The notes under the pieces were generated by a model. The model was not told the origin of the DNA. It saw nothing but the letters and a program-made list of their open reading frames with translations, and did no database searches. A DNA stretch of 63,233 nt, filler included, from Octopus bimaculoides (lineage: Eukaryota): assembly GCF_001194135.2 (NCBI RefSeq). It is 7 parts of 6 records of this genome, joined end to end, with 100 filler letters (N's around TTAATTAATTAA, not from the genome) between each part and the next. Parts side by side here need not be neighbours in the genome. Positions count along the whole stretch, not along the records: positions 1 to 24,825 come from NC_069006.1; positions 24,926 to 33,364 come from NC_068982.1; 5 more parts are not named here. The stretch is one strand, 5' to 3'. Below, in pieces: positions 12,550 through 24,986 of the stretch. The position numbers and the translations under genes were made by a program. Positions within the stretch are counted from its first letter, which is position 1. Every line of letters starts with the position of its first letter.

Positions 12550-12827
12550 TAAAAATACAGTATTAGTTAGAATGTGTTTTCAAAAATGTGCTGTTGTGTT
12601 AGATTTAGTATTTTCCAAGTTTTTGTAGCATTTTATGAGCATTTACCAGAATATTCTTCAATTAATTATTTGAAATCTAATATTTTTCCTTTTCATTTCT
12701 GTTCTATTTCATATTGCATCATGGAACTATTTTCATGTAATTCCAAAATTTTTACTCCATGGTAAAAAAATAACAACAACAACAAAAAAAAAATAAACAA
12801 AACAAATCCACAAAAAAACAATGACAG

Positions 12828-13940
12828 GAATTGTGTGAGAAAGAAACAGACAGCGATTCCAAACCGGAAGGTGACTTGGTTTTATCTGGCCTTAGTCTCA
12901 AAGACAACCCATCTAGAAACAATAAACAAGACATCAAGATTCTAATGCGCAACGTGTCCAATTTAAGGTACCTCCTTCAGAAACATGCTGCCACCATCAG
13001 CCGCCAAGAATTCTTGGATGCCAATAAGAAAATCCAAGAGCTTAATGAAGAAATGAAGAAAAAGACTCGAAAATCTAAGAATTCTGAAAGTGATGGGAGT
13101 AAATCCAAGAAAGGCAACAGCAATGGTGCCAGCAGCAGCAGTAGCGGTGTCAGCAGTGAAAATAGCAACAACAGCAGCAGCAGCAGTGCCAATAGTGATG
13201 ACAATAGTGATAGTCAGATGTCTAAAGACTCCATCTATACTCAAATAAGCAAACGAAAGAGCAACCAAACCCACAAAATAATCGATGCCCTCGTTAGCGA
13301 TGGAGCAGTAAACCTTCCACGAGTGTCGTCAAATAGCAGCATGGAATCATTTCAAGCAATCAGCAAGAAAAGGCAAATAAACAAAGACCTAAAATGTAGC
13401 ATAATTGATAACGAAGATACGGAAGGCGAGTTCCAGGCTGAAATTGAATTTTTGGCTGAAAATGATGACGTGTTTTACACAAATCAGTTGGGTTCTGCAT
13501 TGAGGGGCCGTATGAACTCTGATGTCACGGTGGTTTCGATACCTGATTCAACTGCTAAAACAAGAAAGAAGTCTAACATAAAGAGAGACTCTGAGAAAGT
13601 TTTGTCGCCCGGGCGACAAGTTCGGTTCAGCGAATCAACAGAAACAGTCACCATGGCATCAACGCCGACACCTTCAGAGCAATCTTACTCTGACACCATG
13701 GAAATTCCAGTGCGACGCCATTTCTTTTACCAGAAATCGAGCTACCAGCCAGACTGGACACCAACGGCACGCAATGACGTCGTTCGAATGTCAAGCTTGA
13801 AAACTCATGTTCTCAAACCAATTGAACGTGTTTATTCGAACACGACCTACCGGACGTATGCCCCATCAAATGATTTTCGTCCAAAACTAAACTCAGAGCT
13901 TTATTATCAATATGAGCCCAGCTTTGTAGACACTTATTAG
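12828..13940 (+). CDS. Terminal coding exon C of the PTB-like gene (370 aa; short predicted coiled coil, Ser-rich disorder, RQVRF motif)
   Basis: Longest gap-free ORF in the window. It opens right after an in-frame TGA followed by CAG|GAA (phase 0, matching exon B) and ends TAG TAG. Confidence 0.8.
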   Translation, partial: ELCEKETDSDSKPEGDLVLSGLSLKDNPSRNNKQDIKILMRNVSNLRYLLQKHAATISRQEFLDANKKIQELNEEMKKKTRKSKNSESDGSKSKKGNSNGASSSSSGVSSENSNNSSSSSANSDDNSDSQMSKDSIYTQISKRKSNQTHKIIDALVSDGAVNLPRVSSNSSMESFQAISKKRQINKDLKCSIIDNEDTEGEFQAEIEFLAENDDVFYTNQLGSALRGRMNSDVTVVSIPDSTAKTRKKSNIKRDSEKVLSPGRQVRFSESTETVTMASTPTPSEQSYSDTMEIPVRRHFFYQKSSYQPDWTPTARNDVVRMSSLKTHVLKPIERVYSNTTYRTYAPSNDFRPKLNSELYYQYEPSFVDTY

Positions 13941-14042
13941 TAGCCACAATTACACTGGAGTACCGAGTTGAAGCAACAAATGTATAAATGTATGTACAGA
14001 CGCACAACACTGAACATAAAACACAATACAATACACAATCAA

Positions 14043-14048
14043 AATAAA
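14043..14048 (+). promoter_or_regulatory. Candidate polyadenylation signal AATAAA
   Basis: First AATAAA about 100 nt after the stop of exon C; the true 3' end is unknown. Confidence 0.35.
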
Positions 14049-15949
14049 TGCTAACTCTGAGAGGTTTTTTGCTGAGATAGGTCTTCCATCATCAAAGCTA
14101 TTTTCATGGGAAATTATAAATAACCTCAATACCATGAATCCGAGCACTGCCGATATCTCTACCTCCAGATCTTCACAAAAAATAAGTGAACCATAATGCT
14201 TTCTAATGAACCAGAAAGAAAGAAAGACTTATGAAAAGAAAGATATTGATAATTGACCAGTTTCATATTGGTTGCTAATTAATGATAATTAGACTGGTTT
14301 TGGTCATAATGGCGAAAAGACTTTTGAGACCTTTGACTGTTGATAGCACAACAGAAAATAGTCTTTTGTTGTTACTAACCATGTTCATGGCTCAAAGCTG
14401 ATTACAAAAAGATAAAAAAGAGGAAACGTGTTGCTAACAGCATAAAGTGGGCCTCTAAGTGTTGATCACAAAGAAAAAAATAAGTATAGTGTTGTTGCTT
14501 TCTCAGAACACAAAGACATCGTTTAAGCCAATTACGAAGTACAATGTCAACACCAAAAATTGTTGTAGCAATTAATTGTTGCTAATCTAACATAGCACCT
14601 TTCTTCCAAACTTCACTCCAAATCACTGAACAGAGAAACACAAGATTCAGTCCTTTGTAACGGCACTGCATCAATGCACCCATGGTGGGATACTAAAGAT
14701 TTTGTATTTCCTCAACTGAAACAACAATATCTTACATACAGGGAACAAACAACAAAATCACATTTATGATTACCAGTAAAACTATACATATCACTAAATT
14801 ATTACAATTAATCATAAACCAATGAAAAACATGGACACACGTGCTGCTAATGAATGTTGTTAAACTAATTACTGTGTTTAATAGTATATAAAACATACTT
14901 TTGTTTCTGGAAAAGGGTCTCAAACAATCGTCCATCCTGGGTCCTGTATATAAAGTTGGGACTACATGATCTGTATTTATGAATTTTAAAAATTTTCTTC
15001 ACAAAATGCGCTGTTGAAATTAGGGTGCATCTAATATACCCGTGCTGTCTTTCATGCTATCAAGTGTGGCAGGTGATTATGTCAAGTTTAAGAACTGAAG
15101 AACTTCAAAGAGCTGGTGCTTAGGTTCAAAACTGAAGACAGCAAAAGACTATTGGAAGTGAAATCTTCTGACGAAACGGTTATTGTTCCCATGAGGTGGA
15201 TAAACTAAAGAAATGTAGAATAAATGTTGTCCCAGAAAGGCATTGAATTTCCTGTGGGTGATTTGAACCTTTAATGCATGAATAATGTTAACATACAAGA
15301 TAATAATGGAAGAATGGTGCAGGTTGTTATTAATAAACAGAAAGATAGGATTGTTGTTGTTGTTATTGTTGTTGTTGATAACAAAGAAGAAAGCACATAT
15401 ATTATGTCAATAATACATTAAATGTGCTCTTAATAATTGAAGAGTGGTAATTAAGAGTGATTATTTTTTTATCAAAAATTTTAAAAAAACAAGGGACACA
15501 GACAGAGTCAAGTAGAGTCAAAGGAGTCAACCCTGTGAAAATTTGAAGTTGGAAAGAGTCTGATGTCAAGTTAGATTAAATCTAAATAGAAAGAAATGTG
15601 ATGCAAGATTGATTTTTTTAAAAAAACAAACAAATCATTTCCTTCATCCCTGCCCCTTGAAAACAAAACCCTCCAATAATGTAAGTCTTCCACATCTGTT
15701 CCAACTGAAAAATTGTAATTTAATTTAACAGAACACAACACTTCCCAGTGGCCGTCAGAAAATATTCCCAACAGTCAAAGAAGATCACAAACCGCCGCTG
15801 ACTTCATCAACCAAAAGTTATTGCAGCCAAGCTTCAGAAGAGTTTCAACAATGTGAGAAAGGACTGACAGAGTGTTACGTTGAAAGTACACAATTGTAGC
15901 TTCACATATGACTTGGTTTTGTTAGTCGTGTTCGTATTTACTATACTAG

Positions 15950-16710
15950 ACATGGCTGTTGACAGGATGTTATACATGTTGTGGCATCATGTGATGGTAA
16001 TGACATTTCATGAAATTTGACATAATTATTACGTGACAGTGTATTGACAAAGAACTACGTTTATTGTTACACTTGACATGAAAATGACATACTACAACAC
16101 AACAGAATTTTGACATGATATCATATTGACAAAAACATTACATGTTAACCATTTAGCATTCAGATTATTACTGTCAAATGTGGTGTTTATTCACATTATT
16201 TTGAATTAATCATGCATCATCTCATAGCTTTGAGATTTTGATGATGTAGTTGTTTATTTTTAGAATGACATTGTAGGGTAGGTGTGAGAAGCAAGATCTA
16301 GCTGGTTTGAATATAAAACAGACAGGATATTTTGTCCAAAAATAGCCAGATTAGATATTAAAGAGTTAAATGACAATATGATGTTGACATAAAATTTTAA
16401 ATGAAATTATGTTGACATGTTTCAAATGACATCGCATTGACATCATGTGATGGTTATGTCAATGCATTATGTGGAATTGACATGAAATTATATCACATGG
16501 TATTGACATAACATTACATTACATGATATCAATAAGCATTGACATCAGATAGCATGACATGCTATCAACATTACGTGATGTAGTATTGACATAATGTTAC
16601 ATGACATGATTTTGACATGATATTGACATGGTATTACATTGACCCAGCGTTGCATAACATAACATCACCGTCACATGATATTGATGCAAAATCACATGAC
16701 ATGGTATTAT
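15950..16710. repeat. Degenerate (TGACA/CATGA) pentamer array
   Basis: Dozens of TGACA(T) words in about 760 bp, interrupted by the MITE at 16149-16365. Confidence 0.7.
16149..16365. mobile_element. piggyBac-like MITE with TTAA target duplication
   Basis: TTAA (16145-48) CCATTTAGCATT ... ATATTAAAGAG TTAA (16366-69); the TIRs are decayed. Confidence 0.5.
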
Positions 16711-17643
16711 AATTCAGAAGCTAACATCTTGAAAATATTTCGGCTATTCATAACATGCAAACATCTCTAATTACCATTTACCACCAAACTCATTGGAGCT
16801 TTGTATGTCAATGAAAAATCCAGCATTTCACATCGGCACTCCACCAGCTCGTACCTATCAGCCTTCTTCATTTCGACAAAAGTACTGACAAGATACAATT
16901 CAAGATCAATATTTGAAGAAGAAGACATGTGTAATTGGTTGAATCGAGCTCCCCCCGTGTATAACTGATACTCATTCTGTCTGTTTTTTATGGAGAAACA
17001 AAAGCAAAGTTAACTTTGGTGAGATTTAAACTAAACTAAAAAATAAAGAGGACAGAACCATGTTTTGGTCAACTGACTGTCATCATTCCACCAAATCATC
17101 AAACACTGATGAAGAGAAAACCAATCAATTCACTTACTAAAGAAATCCTTATTATTATCATTAGCGATAATAAAAATAATCAGACAACAACAATATCAAA
17201 AACATAACAATAATAACAATGAAAACACTAATAATAACAACAAAAAGTAGCCAAACAAGAGGAAACTATACAGCCACTGGACATGCTAGAAATAGCAGTC
17301 AAATTTCCTCAAATCACATCCTATCACTTTAGAGAAGGAAGAACATAGGTCTGCTCAACCAGGCTTCACAAGAGGCTAAACAACAACAACAACAAAAACA
17401 ACAACAACAGCAACAACAGCAAAAGTAAGACTTGATTCTTTGTTACCATTTTATTCAAAGACACTGCGAAACAACTCTAAGATATTAACAAACACCTGAT
17501 TGAATTGATAAAAACAAAAACAAAACACACACAACAAAAATAACATAAATGAACCATGTTTTCTGAATCTGAAAATTTAAGACTGTTTTACCATGTTTTG
17601 AATTGTCTATCACAGAAGCCTTAAGGAAATTATGAGAGGATAT

Positions 17644-17677
<34 letters not shown>

Positions 17678-18884
17678 GGTCTTTGAGTTGCTTGCAGATA
17701 TTTTGCTGCTTACCATTGTGTGTAAATCAAACTTGACCTGACCTGATCTGACCTGACCTATGTCAATTACAACAGCAAAATAAATCCTTGCTCTCTTTGG
17801 TGCCGTATAAGATACACTTTTGTTTCAAATAACCATCTCAGAAAAAAAAAAAACACCCTTGGTCCCTTGTGAAAAACTGGACCCAGATTATAAGTTTTAA
17901 TACACTAAAAACTTGTGTTTTTTTCATGTATTTGCTTTGCTGAAATTAGAATGTGTCCAATATGCCTGTGAATTTTTTTATACTATCAAATCATTGTTGT
18001 CGTCATCATCATCACCAGCATCATTATCATCATCATTATTATAATCAACGGCAACAACAAAGGCTAAAAAAACAAAATGACAGCTGTGATAAAAACAAAA
18101 AGAAAGAAATAACCTGCTGCAACAGAAACAACAACTTTTGTCAGAGTATCAACAATACATAGTAACAACAACAACAACAACAACAACAGCAGCAACCACA
18201 GTCATTATACTAATAAGCCATTCTATAACAACAACAACAATGGTAATGACTGTTGTAGCATGAAGAACTAAAGTGACCCCTGGCAACAATAACAACAACA
18301 CAAATAAAAACAATTAAAGAAACAGCAATAAAATATCAAAAACAACAACAATGACATACAAAAAAAATCAGGACAAAAACATAGTAAAAAAAAGTGTAAA
18401 AATTGTATACTGAACTCATTTTTTTTTATTGATTACAAATCTATATTTTCAAAAATTATTGATTCATCAATTCATTTATCCTGCTCTTGTGTATTCTCTA
18501 ACACCTTATTCCCGTTATAACCACCCACCAACCACAAATAATTAATGTGTTCTTACCCTTGATATCATTAATTAATATATACACTTAAAATAGTCTTAAA
18601 TTAAAATATTTGTATTTTAATGAAAAGCTGTTTCAGGTGTATACATGAAATGAATTTTAACCTGGATAAACTTTGCAAAAACCAGTAAATGTTTTATTTA
18701 TTGATTTTCATATCAGAATAAGCATTTTTGGCTTAGCTCAGAACATTTGGGGCATTATTTATAACTGAGGAGACTGAATCATGGCAAAACACCAGTGTCT
18801 GATGATCTCCCAGCATTCTGAGTGAAGCCCAGTGATTTTAACTTTGAGAAATTTCACTGAGGCAAAATATTATACCATTCCACA

Positions 18885-18916
<32 letters not shown>

Positions 18917-20027
18917 NNNNNNNNNNNNNNNNNNNNNNNNNNNNNNNNNNNNNNNNNNNNNNNNNNNNNNNNNNNNNNNNNNNNNNNNNNNNNNNNNNNN
19001 NNNNNNNNNNNNNNNNNNNNNNNNNNNNNNNNNNNNNNNNTATATATGTATATATGTGTGTGATGTTTATATACACACAGTAAAGAGTATACATACTGGT
19101 GGTATTAGCATTAATATTTTACATTAGTTGAACATTTGAAAATCAATTTCAGGTTGTTGAAGGATTCTCTTGGTATAATGAATCAATGAATTTGTAAATA
19201 TTTCAAAGAATAAAAATGTTTTCTCTTTTGTGTAATATACATATATGTATACACATACAGACAGACATGTGTGTGTGTGTGTGTGTGTGTGTGCATACAG
19301 ATATATGTATATAAATCTAGATGCTGTATGGCCTAACGCTTAAGAAGTTTATTTTTGCGACCATGAAGTTTCAGGTTCAAATCCCAGTGCATGGCATCAT
19401 GGGCAAATATCATATTTGATGGCCCTGAATGAATCCATACGTTGTGAGTGTAATTAGGTAAATGGAAGCCCATTGGCTGGATTATACTGGACCTCAAAAG
19501 CATACAACCTTGTCACACACATACTCTGTCATGCTGATTCTACATGGGAATTACATTAAGGGTACACAAGTCTATGGTATACTCAATTACTTACACATTA
19601 AATCAGGAGCAGGTAATTCAGATGAGATCAGATGACTGAATCAAATACTGGAGATCAACCATGTATATATAAAAGACAAACAGCATGTACATGTGCGTGT
19701 ATGCTTATATATATATAAACACAGCCTTGTATCTTGACTTTGAGAGATTGCCCAATAGTACACAGCATGCTATACAAGCCTGCCAATCTATAATACTATC
19801 ATAAGCATGAAACTTATAGCAGCTCAATTTTAAATTCTGTGTATATTGATGTGTGTGTGCGTGTGTGTACATGAATGTATCAATGTATATAAATAACTCT
19901 AAATGTGTGTGTGTGTGTGTGTGTGATGGAGAGAGCAAGCAATAGGGACTGCATTAACCATCCATAACTCGCCATAAACATGGAAGGATACCACATTCGA
20001 AGCGAAAACCAGGAGGGCACCATAAAC

Positions 20028-20069
<42 letters not shown>

Positions 20070-20239
20070 CACATGTAAATAAGACTATAAATTATCTTAG
20101 CTATTGCACATATATTTTGAAACAACTATGTATGTATATTTTTTTGAAAAAAAAAAACAAAAAATATTTTTTTAAATGCTGCAAAATAAATTTTTTAAAA
20201 ATACTCTGTAATTTGTTTTTATTTGTGTGTGTGTGTGTG

Positions 20240-20850
<611 letters not shown>

Positions 20851-21056
20851 TTTGAGTGAGTCAGCCTCTGACATCTCTAAGTTTTGCTTGTGAGTGCACA
20901 AGATAAGTTACAACTGGAGAAGTAATGGAATTTGCACACGCACACACACACATATACACACACACAAACACACGCATACACATAGATGCAAGCACACACC
21001 CACACGTATACACACATGCACACACATGCATGCATTCACACATACACGCATGCATG

Positions 21057-21087
<31 letters not shown>

Positions 21088-21280
21088 ATAATATGTATAA
21101 AATGTCAGTCCAGGGACACATGATATAATCATTGCATCTGAACTCCATATGTTCAATAACGTTCTCAAAGACTCCATGTTGTTCAAGCTACAGATTTCAT
21201 TGGCAAAGAATATAGAGAAAAATAACAATGTGGTGTATATGATTTGAAAGAATTAATTTATAGCATCTCTCTTTTCTTTT

Positions 21281-21582
21281 GTGCCCTTTCAAAGCCTAGC
21301 CAGGCTCATGGGCATGGTTTCCCGGTTTCTATGGCGTATGTTTTCTCCCCAGCTGGACAGGACGCCAGTCCATCACAGCGTTACTCAAGAAACAGGAAGA
21401 AAGAGTGAGAGAAAGTTGGGGCGAAAGAGTACAACAGGTGTCGCCACCACCCCTGCCGGAACCTCGTGGAGCTTTAGGTGTTTTCATTCAATAAACATAC
21501 ACAATGCCCAGTCTGGGAATCGAAACCGTGATTTTCCGACCACGAGTCCGCTGCGCTAACCACTGGGCCATTGTGTCTCCAC
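21281..21582 (-). mobile_element. tRNA-head SINE (family F), tail type 1
   Basis: Head GTGGAGACACAATGGCCCAGTGGTTAGCGCAGCGGAC..GGTTTCGATTCCC; shared with 52079-52473 and 57594-58006. Plus-strand copy at 23203-23438. Confidence 0.8.
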
Positions 21583-21916
21583 AATTTTTAACATCACATC
21601 TCCACTTCTTCATAGGCTGTAATTATAAATACTAGAATGCATGCTAGGATCATATAAATAAATACTTTCCTTCAAACTGTATCTGCTTTATTTATAAATA
21701 AAGCATTCCTCTCCAATTTTTATCAGATTTAAATCATCTTATTATCTCCCAATTTTATACTCTAAATTTTCTTTTTTTCTTCCCTTCTTGTCCAACGTAC
21801 TATCTAGTAGCGTTCCAACCTCTAACGGCTTTTTCAAATAAATTACGTAACAATCTTCTCTAACTACAGTTATCACATTCGGTTAAAAAGTCTTACGTTT
21901 AAGCTGGTTCCTATGC

Positions 21917-22006
21917 ATTTCCCTGAAGAGAAGATTACATTCTTATCAACATCACCTATTCCTATGGAAGGTATAATTTGTAATCTTCGAAACATATGTT
22001 GGAAAT
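21917..22006 (+). ncRNA. Minimal type-I hammerhead ribozyme (intact core, GUU site)
   Basis: Stem I ATTTCC/GGAAAT, CTGAAGA, stem II GAAGATTACA/TGTAATCTTC, GAAA, palindromic stem III ACATATGT, U17. Confidence 0.75.
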
Positions 22007-24004
22007 AAAAGTATTCAGTTAACATATGCGTTTTACTCCATTTACTTAATTTATATATTTACTCAATTACCCAAAATAACACGGAGTTTCTACCTCATAA
22101 ACAGGAGTTGCACCACAGTCATTTTGTGATCTTTGCTACCCTGGTATCTATTAATCAATTTATTTTGTCCGAGTTAATTATTAACTAAGAGAAAAAATAA
22201 ATACATATAATAAAATATNNNNNNNNNNNNNNNNNNNNNNNNNNNNNNNNNNNNNNNNNNNNNNNNNNNNNNNNNNNNNNNNNNNNNNNNNNNNNNNNNN
22301 NNNNNNNNNNNNNNNNNNNNNNNNNNNNNNNNNNNNNNNNNNNNNNNNNNNNNNNNNNNNNNNNNNNNNNNNNNNNNNNNNNNNNNNNNNNNNNNNNNNN
22401 NNNNNNNNNNNNNNNNTCATTTTAAGCCTCATACATATTCTGTTGGTCTCATTTGCCAAACCGCTAAGTTATGGGAATGTAAACATGCCGACACTGGTTA
22501 TCAAGTGGTGGTGGGGGCGAGACAAACACAAACACACACACACACACATAAATATATATAAAGATTGAATAATGAGGGTACAAATTGGTGTCTTCTTCTA
22601 GCATATTAGGAATCCACCTAGGTGGCTATTCCTCTTATTTATATATATATATATATATATATATGACAGGCTTCTTTCAGTTTCTGCCTACCAAATCCAC
22701 TTACAATGCTTTGGTCATCCTGAGGATATAGAATAATATACTTGCTCAAGGAGCCATGCAGTGGGACTGAACCTGGAACCATGTGCTTTGGAAGCAAACT
22801 TCTTATTGTACAACCACGTCTGCACCTATAAATCCATATAGTCTCGCAGCACAATCATGTGAACACAAGCAATAATCAGTGCATTGTGATTTACAGAGTA
22901 TAAGAGGTAGTTTCTGGGGTGCACTTTTACAGTGCTGTTACTGTCATCACAGATCGATCCGTGGTAAGTGTAATATGGTTCATAGTTGGGTGTACCATGT
23001 TATTTCGTCATCATCGTCATTTAATGTCCATTGTCTATGCTGGCATGGGTTGGATGGTTTCACTGGGCTGGCATGCTGGAAGGCTGCGCCAGGCTCCAGC
23101 CTGATTTGGCATGTTTCTCAATGGTTGGATGCCCTTACTAATGCCAAGTGGGTGCTTTTATGTGCCACCAGCACGGATGTGTGTTTATTGAGCGAAAGCA
23201 CCTAAAGCTCCACAAGGCTCTGGCAGTGGTGGTGGTGGTGACCCCTGTTGTACTCTTTCGCCCCAAACTTTCTCTCTCTTTCTTCCTGTTTCTTGAGTAA
23301 CGCTGCAATGGACTGGCGTCCCGTCCAGCTGGGGGGGGGGGACNNNNNNNNNNCTGCAATGGACTGGCGTCCCGTCCAGCTGGGGGGGGGGGACATGTAC
23401 TCCATAGAAACCGGGCCCATGAGCCTGGCTAGGCTTTAAAGGGGTGAAAGAAGAAGATGCATTATTATATAGGCCTGAGTACTTGTGTATTCAACCCATA
23501 TGCACACATGCATATATATATACACATATACATATGTATGCCATTTGCGTGACACTGGTATCTGCTACGACTGCAGTTTTGCTTGGCTTGATGGGTCTTC
23601 TTCTCAAGCAAGACATAATCGTTTCTACTCTAGGCACAAGGCCTGAAATTTTTGGAGAGTGGGCTGGTCAATTAGATCGACCCTAGTACATAACTGGTAT
23701 TTAATTTATCGTTCCCAAAAGGATGAAAGGCAAAGTCAACCTCAGAGGAATTTGAACTCTGAACAGAAAGACAGACAAAATACCACTAAGCATTTCACCT
23801 GGCGTGCTAGCGTTTCTGCCGGCTCACTGCCATTCAAGTATGACATAATGCCAAAGGTCTTGGTCATTGCCCATGTGAGGCCCAACACTCAAAAGGAACT
23901 CAGACGTTTTACCTCCATGGAGCCCAATGTTTGAAAGGGACTCGGCCACCTCACCTCCACGAGGCCCAACACTTGAAAGGAACTCAGCCACTGCATCAGT
24001 GATA

Positions 24005-24590
24005 ACCAATTCACTATCTGATTAAGTCACTATTTGATCAAGAAATGGGTCATTAGGGTTTCACAGAGAGAGCATAAAACATATTGCAAAACCCCAAAGT
24101 CTTTCATTTTCACTGAGGTCATGCAGGACCCATTTATCGAGTCTTTTCACTTTGCCAATTTTCTTCAGGTGATATGATACTGTTGGAACATTTCCACCAA
24201 GCATATGAGACATTTCTCTGACACTTTATCATAGGTTTTGTCTGACTATTGTTTTCAAATGCTGATCATCAAAGATGGATGGACGTCCTCTACCTTCTTG
24301 ATTTTCAAGGCTCGTATCCCCACTATGGAATCTCTCAAATCCACGTCGTACTGTCTGATCACTAGCGGACCCTTCAACCTATGCTCTGTTGATATTGGCA
24401 GCTGTTTGGGAAGCATTATGTCCAAGTTGGCATTCATGCAAAAAAATAAATAAATGCATTTCTTCTTTTTCATGTTTGAAATTAAGGATTTCTATGCTTA
24501 AAAATTATATTCAGAAAGAAATCAATAAAAATTTATTAAAGAACACACATCAATTATTAAGCATGCAAAATTGCATCTAAAACACTATAA
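24005..24590 (-). pseudogene. mariner transposase N-terminal remnant (HTH region)
   Basis: Minus strand translates, with stops, to GHNASQTAANINRA..TVRRGFERFHSGDTSLENQEGRGRPS..HLKKIGKVKRLDKWVLHDLSEN..PFLDQIVT. Confidence 0.8.
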
Positions 24591-24790
24591 AAATAACATC
24601 TTAAATCGAATTTGAAAAAGTATAACCAGCCGAAATTGCAAAGATAATCTGGAACTTGACTGAGGAAAGAAAACTCCGAATGACCCGTCCTTGTTTTCTT
24701 TGTATCGTCTGTCTGGATGTTTTGTTGTCCCTTTTTTGTATCACATAACTGTCTGGATGTTTTATGTTCTTGTCCCATTTTTGTATTTTT

Positions 24791-24825
<35 letters not shown>

Positions 24826-24869
24826 NNNNNNNNNNNNNNNNNNNNNNNNNNNNNNNNNNNNNNNNNNNN

Positions 24870-24881
24870 TTAATTAATTAA
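24870..24881. other. Artificial scaffold spacer TTAATTAATTAA within N runs (also 33409, 41617, 49275, 58831, 61776)
   Basis: Identical 12-mer always embedded in Ns; gives stops in all frames. Confidence 0.9.
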
Positions 24882-24925
24882 NNNNNNNNNNNNNNNNNNN
24901 NNNNNNNNNNNNNNNNNNNNNNNNN

Positions 24926-24986
<61 letters not shown>

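Noticed and set aside
21500-21582. tRNA-like sequences
   Set aside because: These are SINE heads continuing into SINE bodies; no complete cloverleaf.
23303-23395. Direct duplication around a 10-N gap
   Set aside because: Unmerged contig overlap at a poly-G run; likely assembly artefact.
23871-23995. Three diverged units of about 42 bp, superficially CRISPR-like
   Set aside because: No unique spacers, no cas genes, eukaryotic context; an ordinary minisatellite.
24870-24881. Recurring TTAATTAATTAA palindrome
   Set aside because: Always embedded in Ns; scaffolding linker, not biology.
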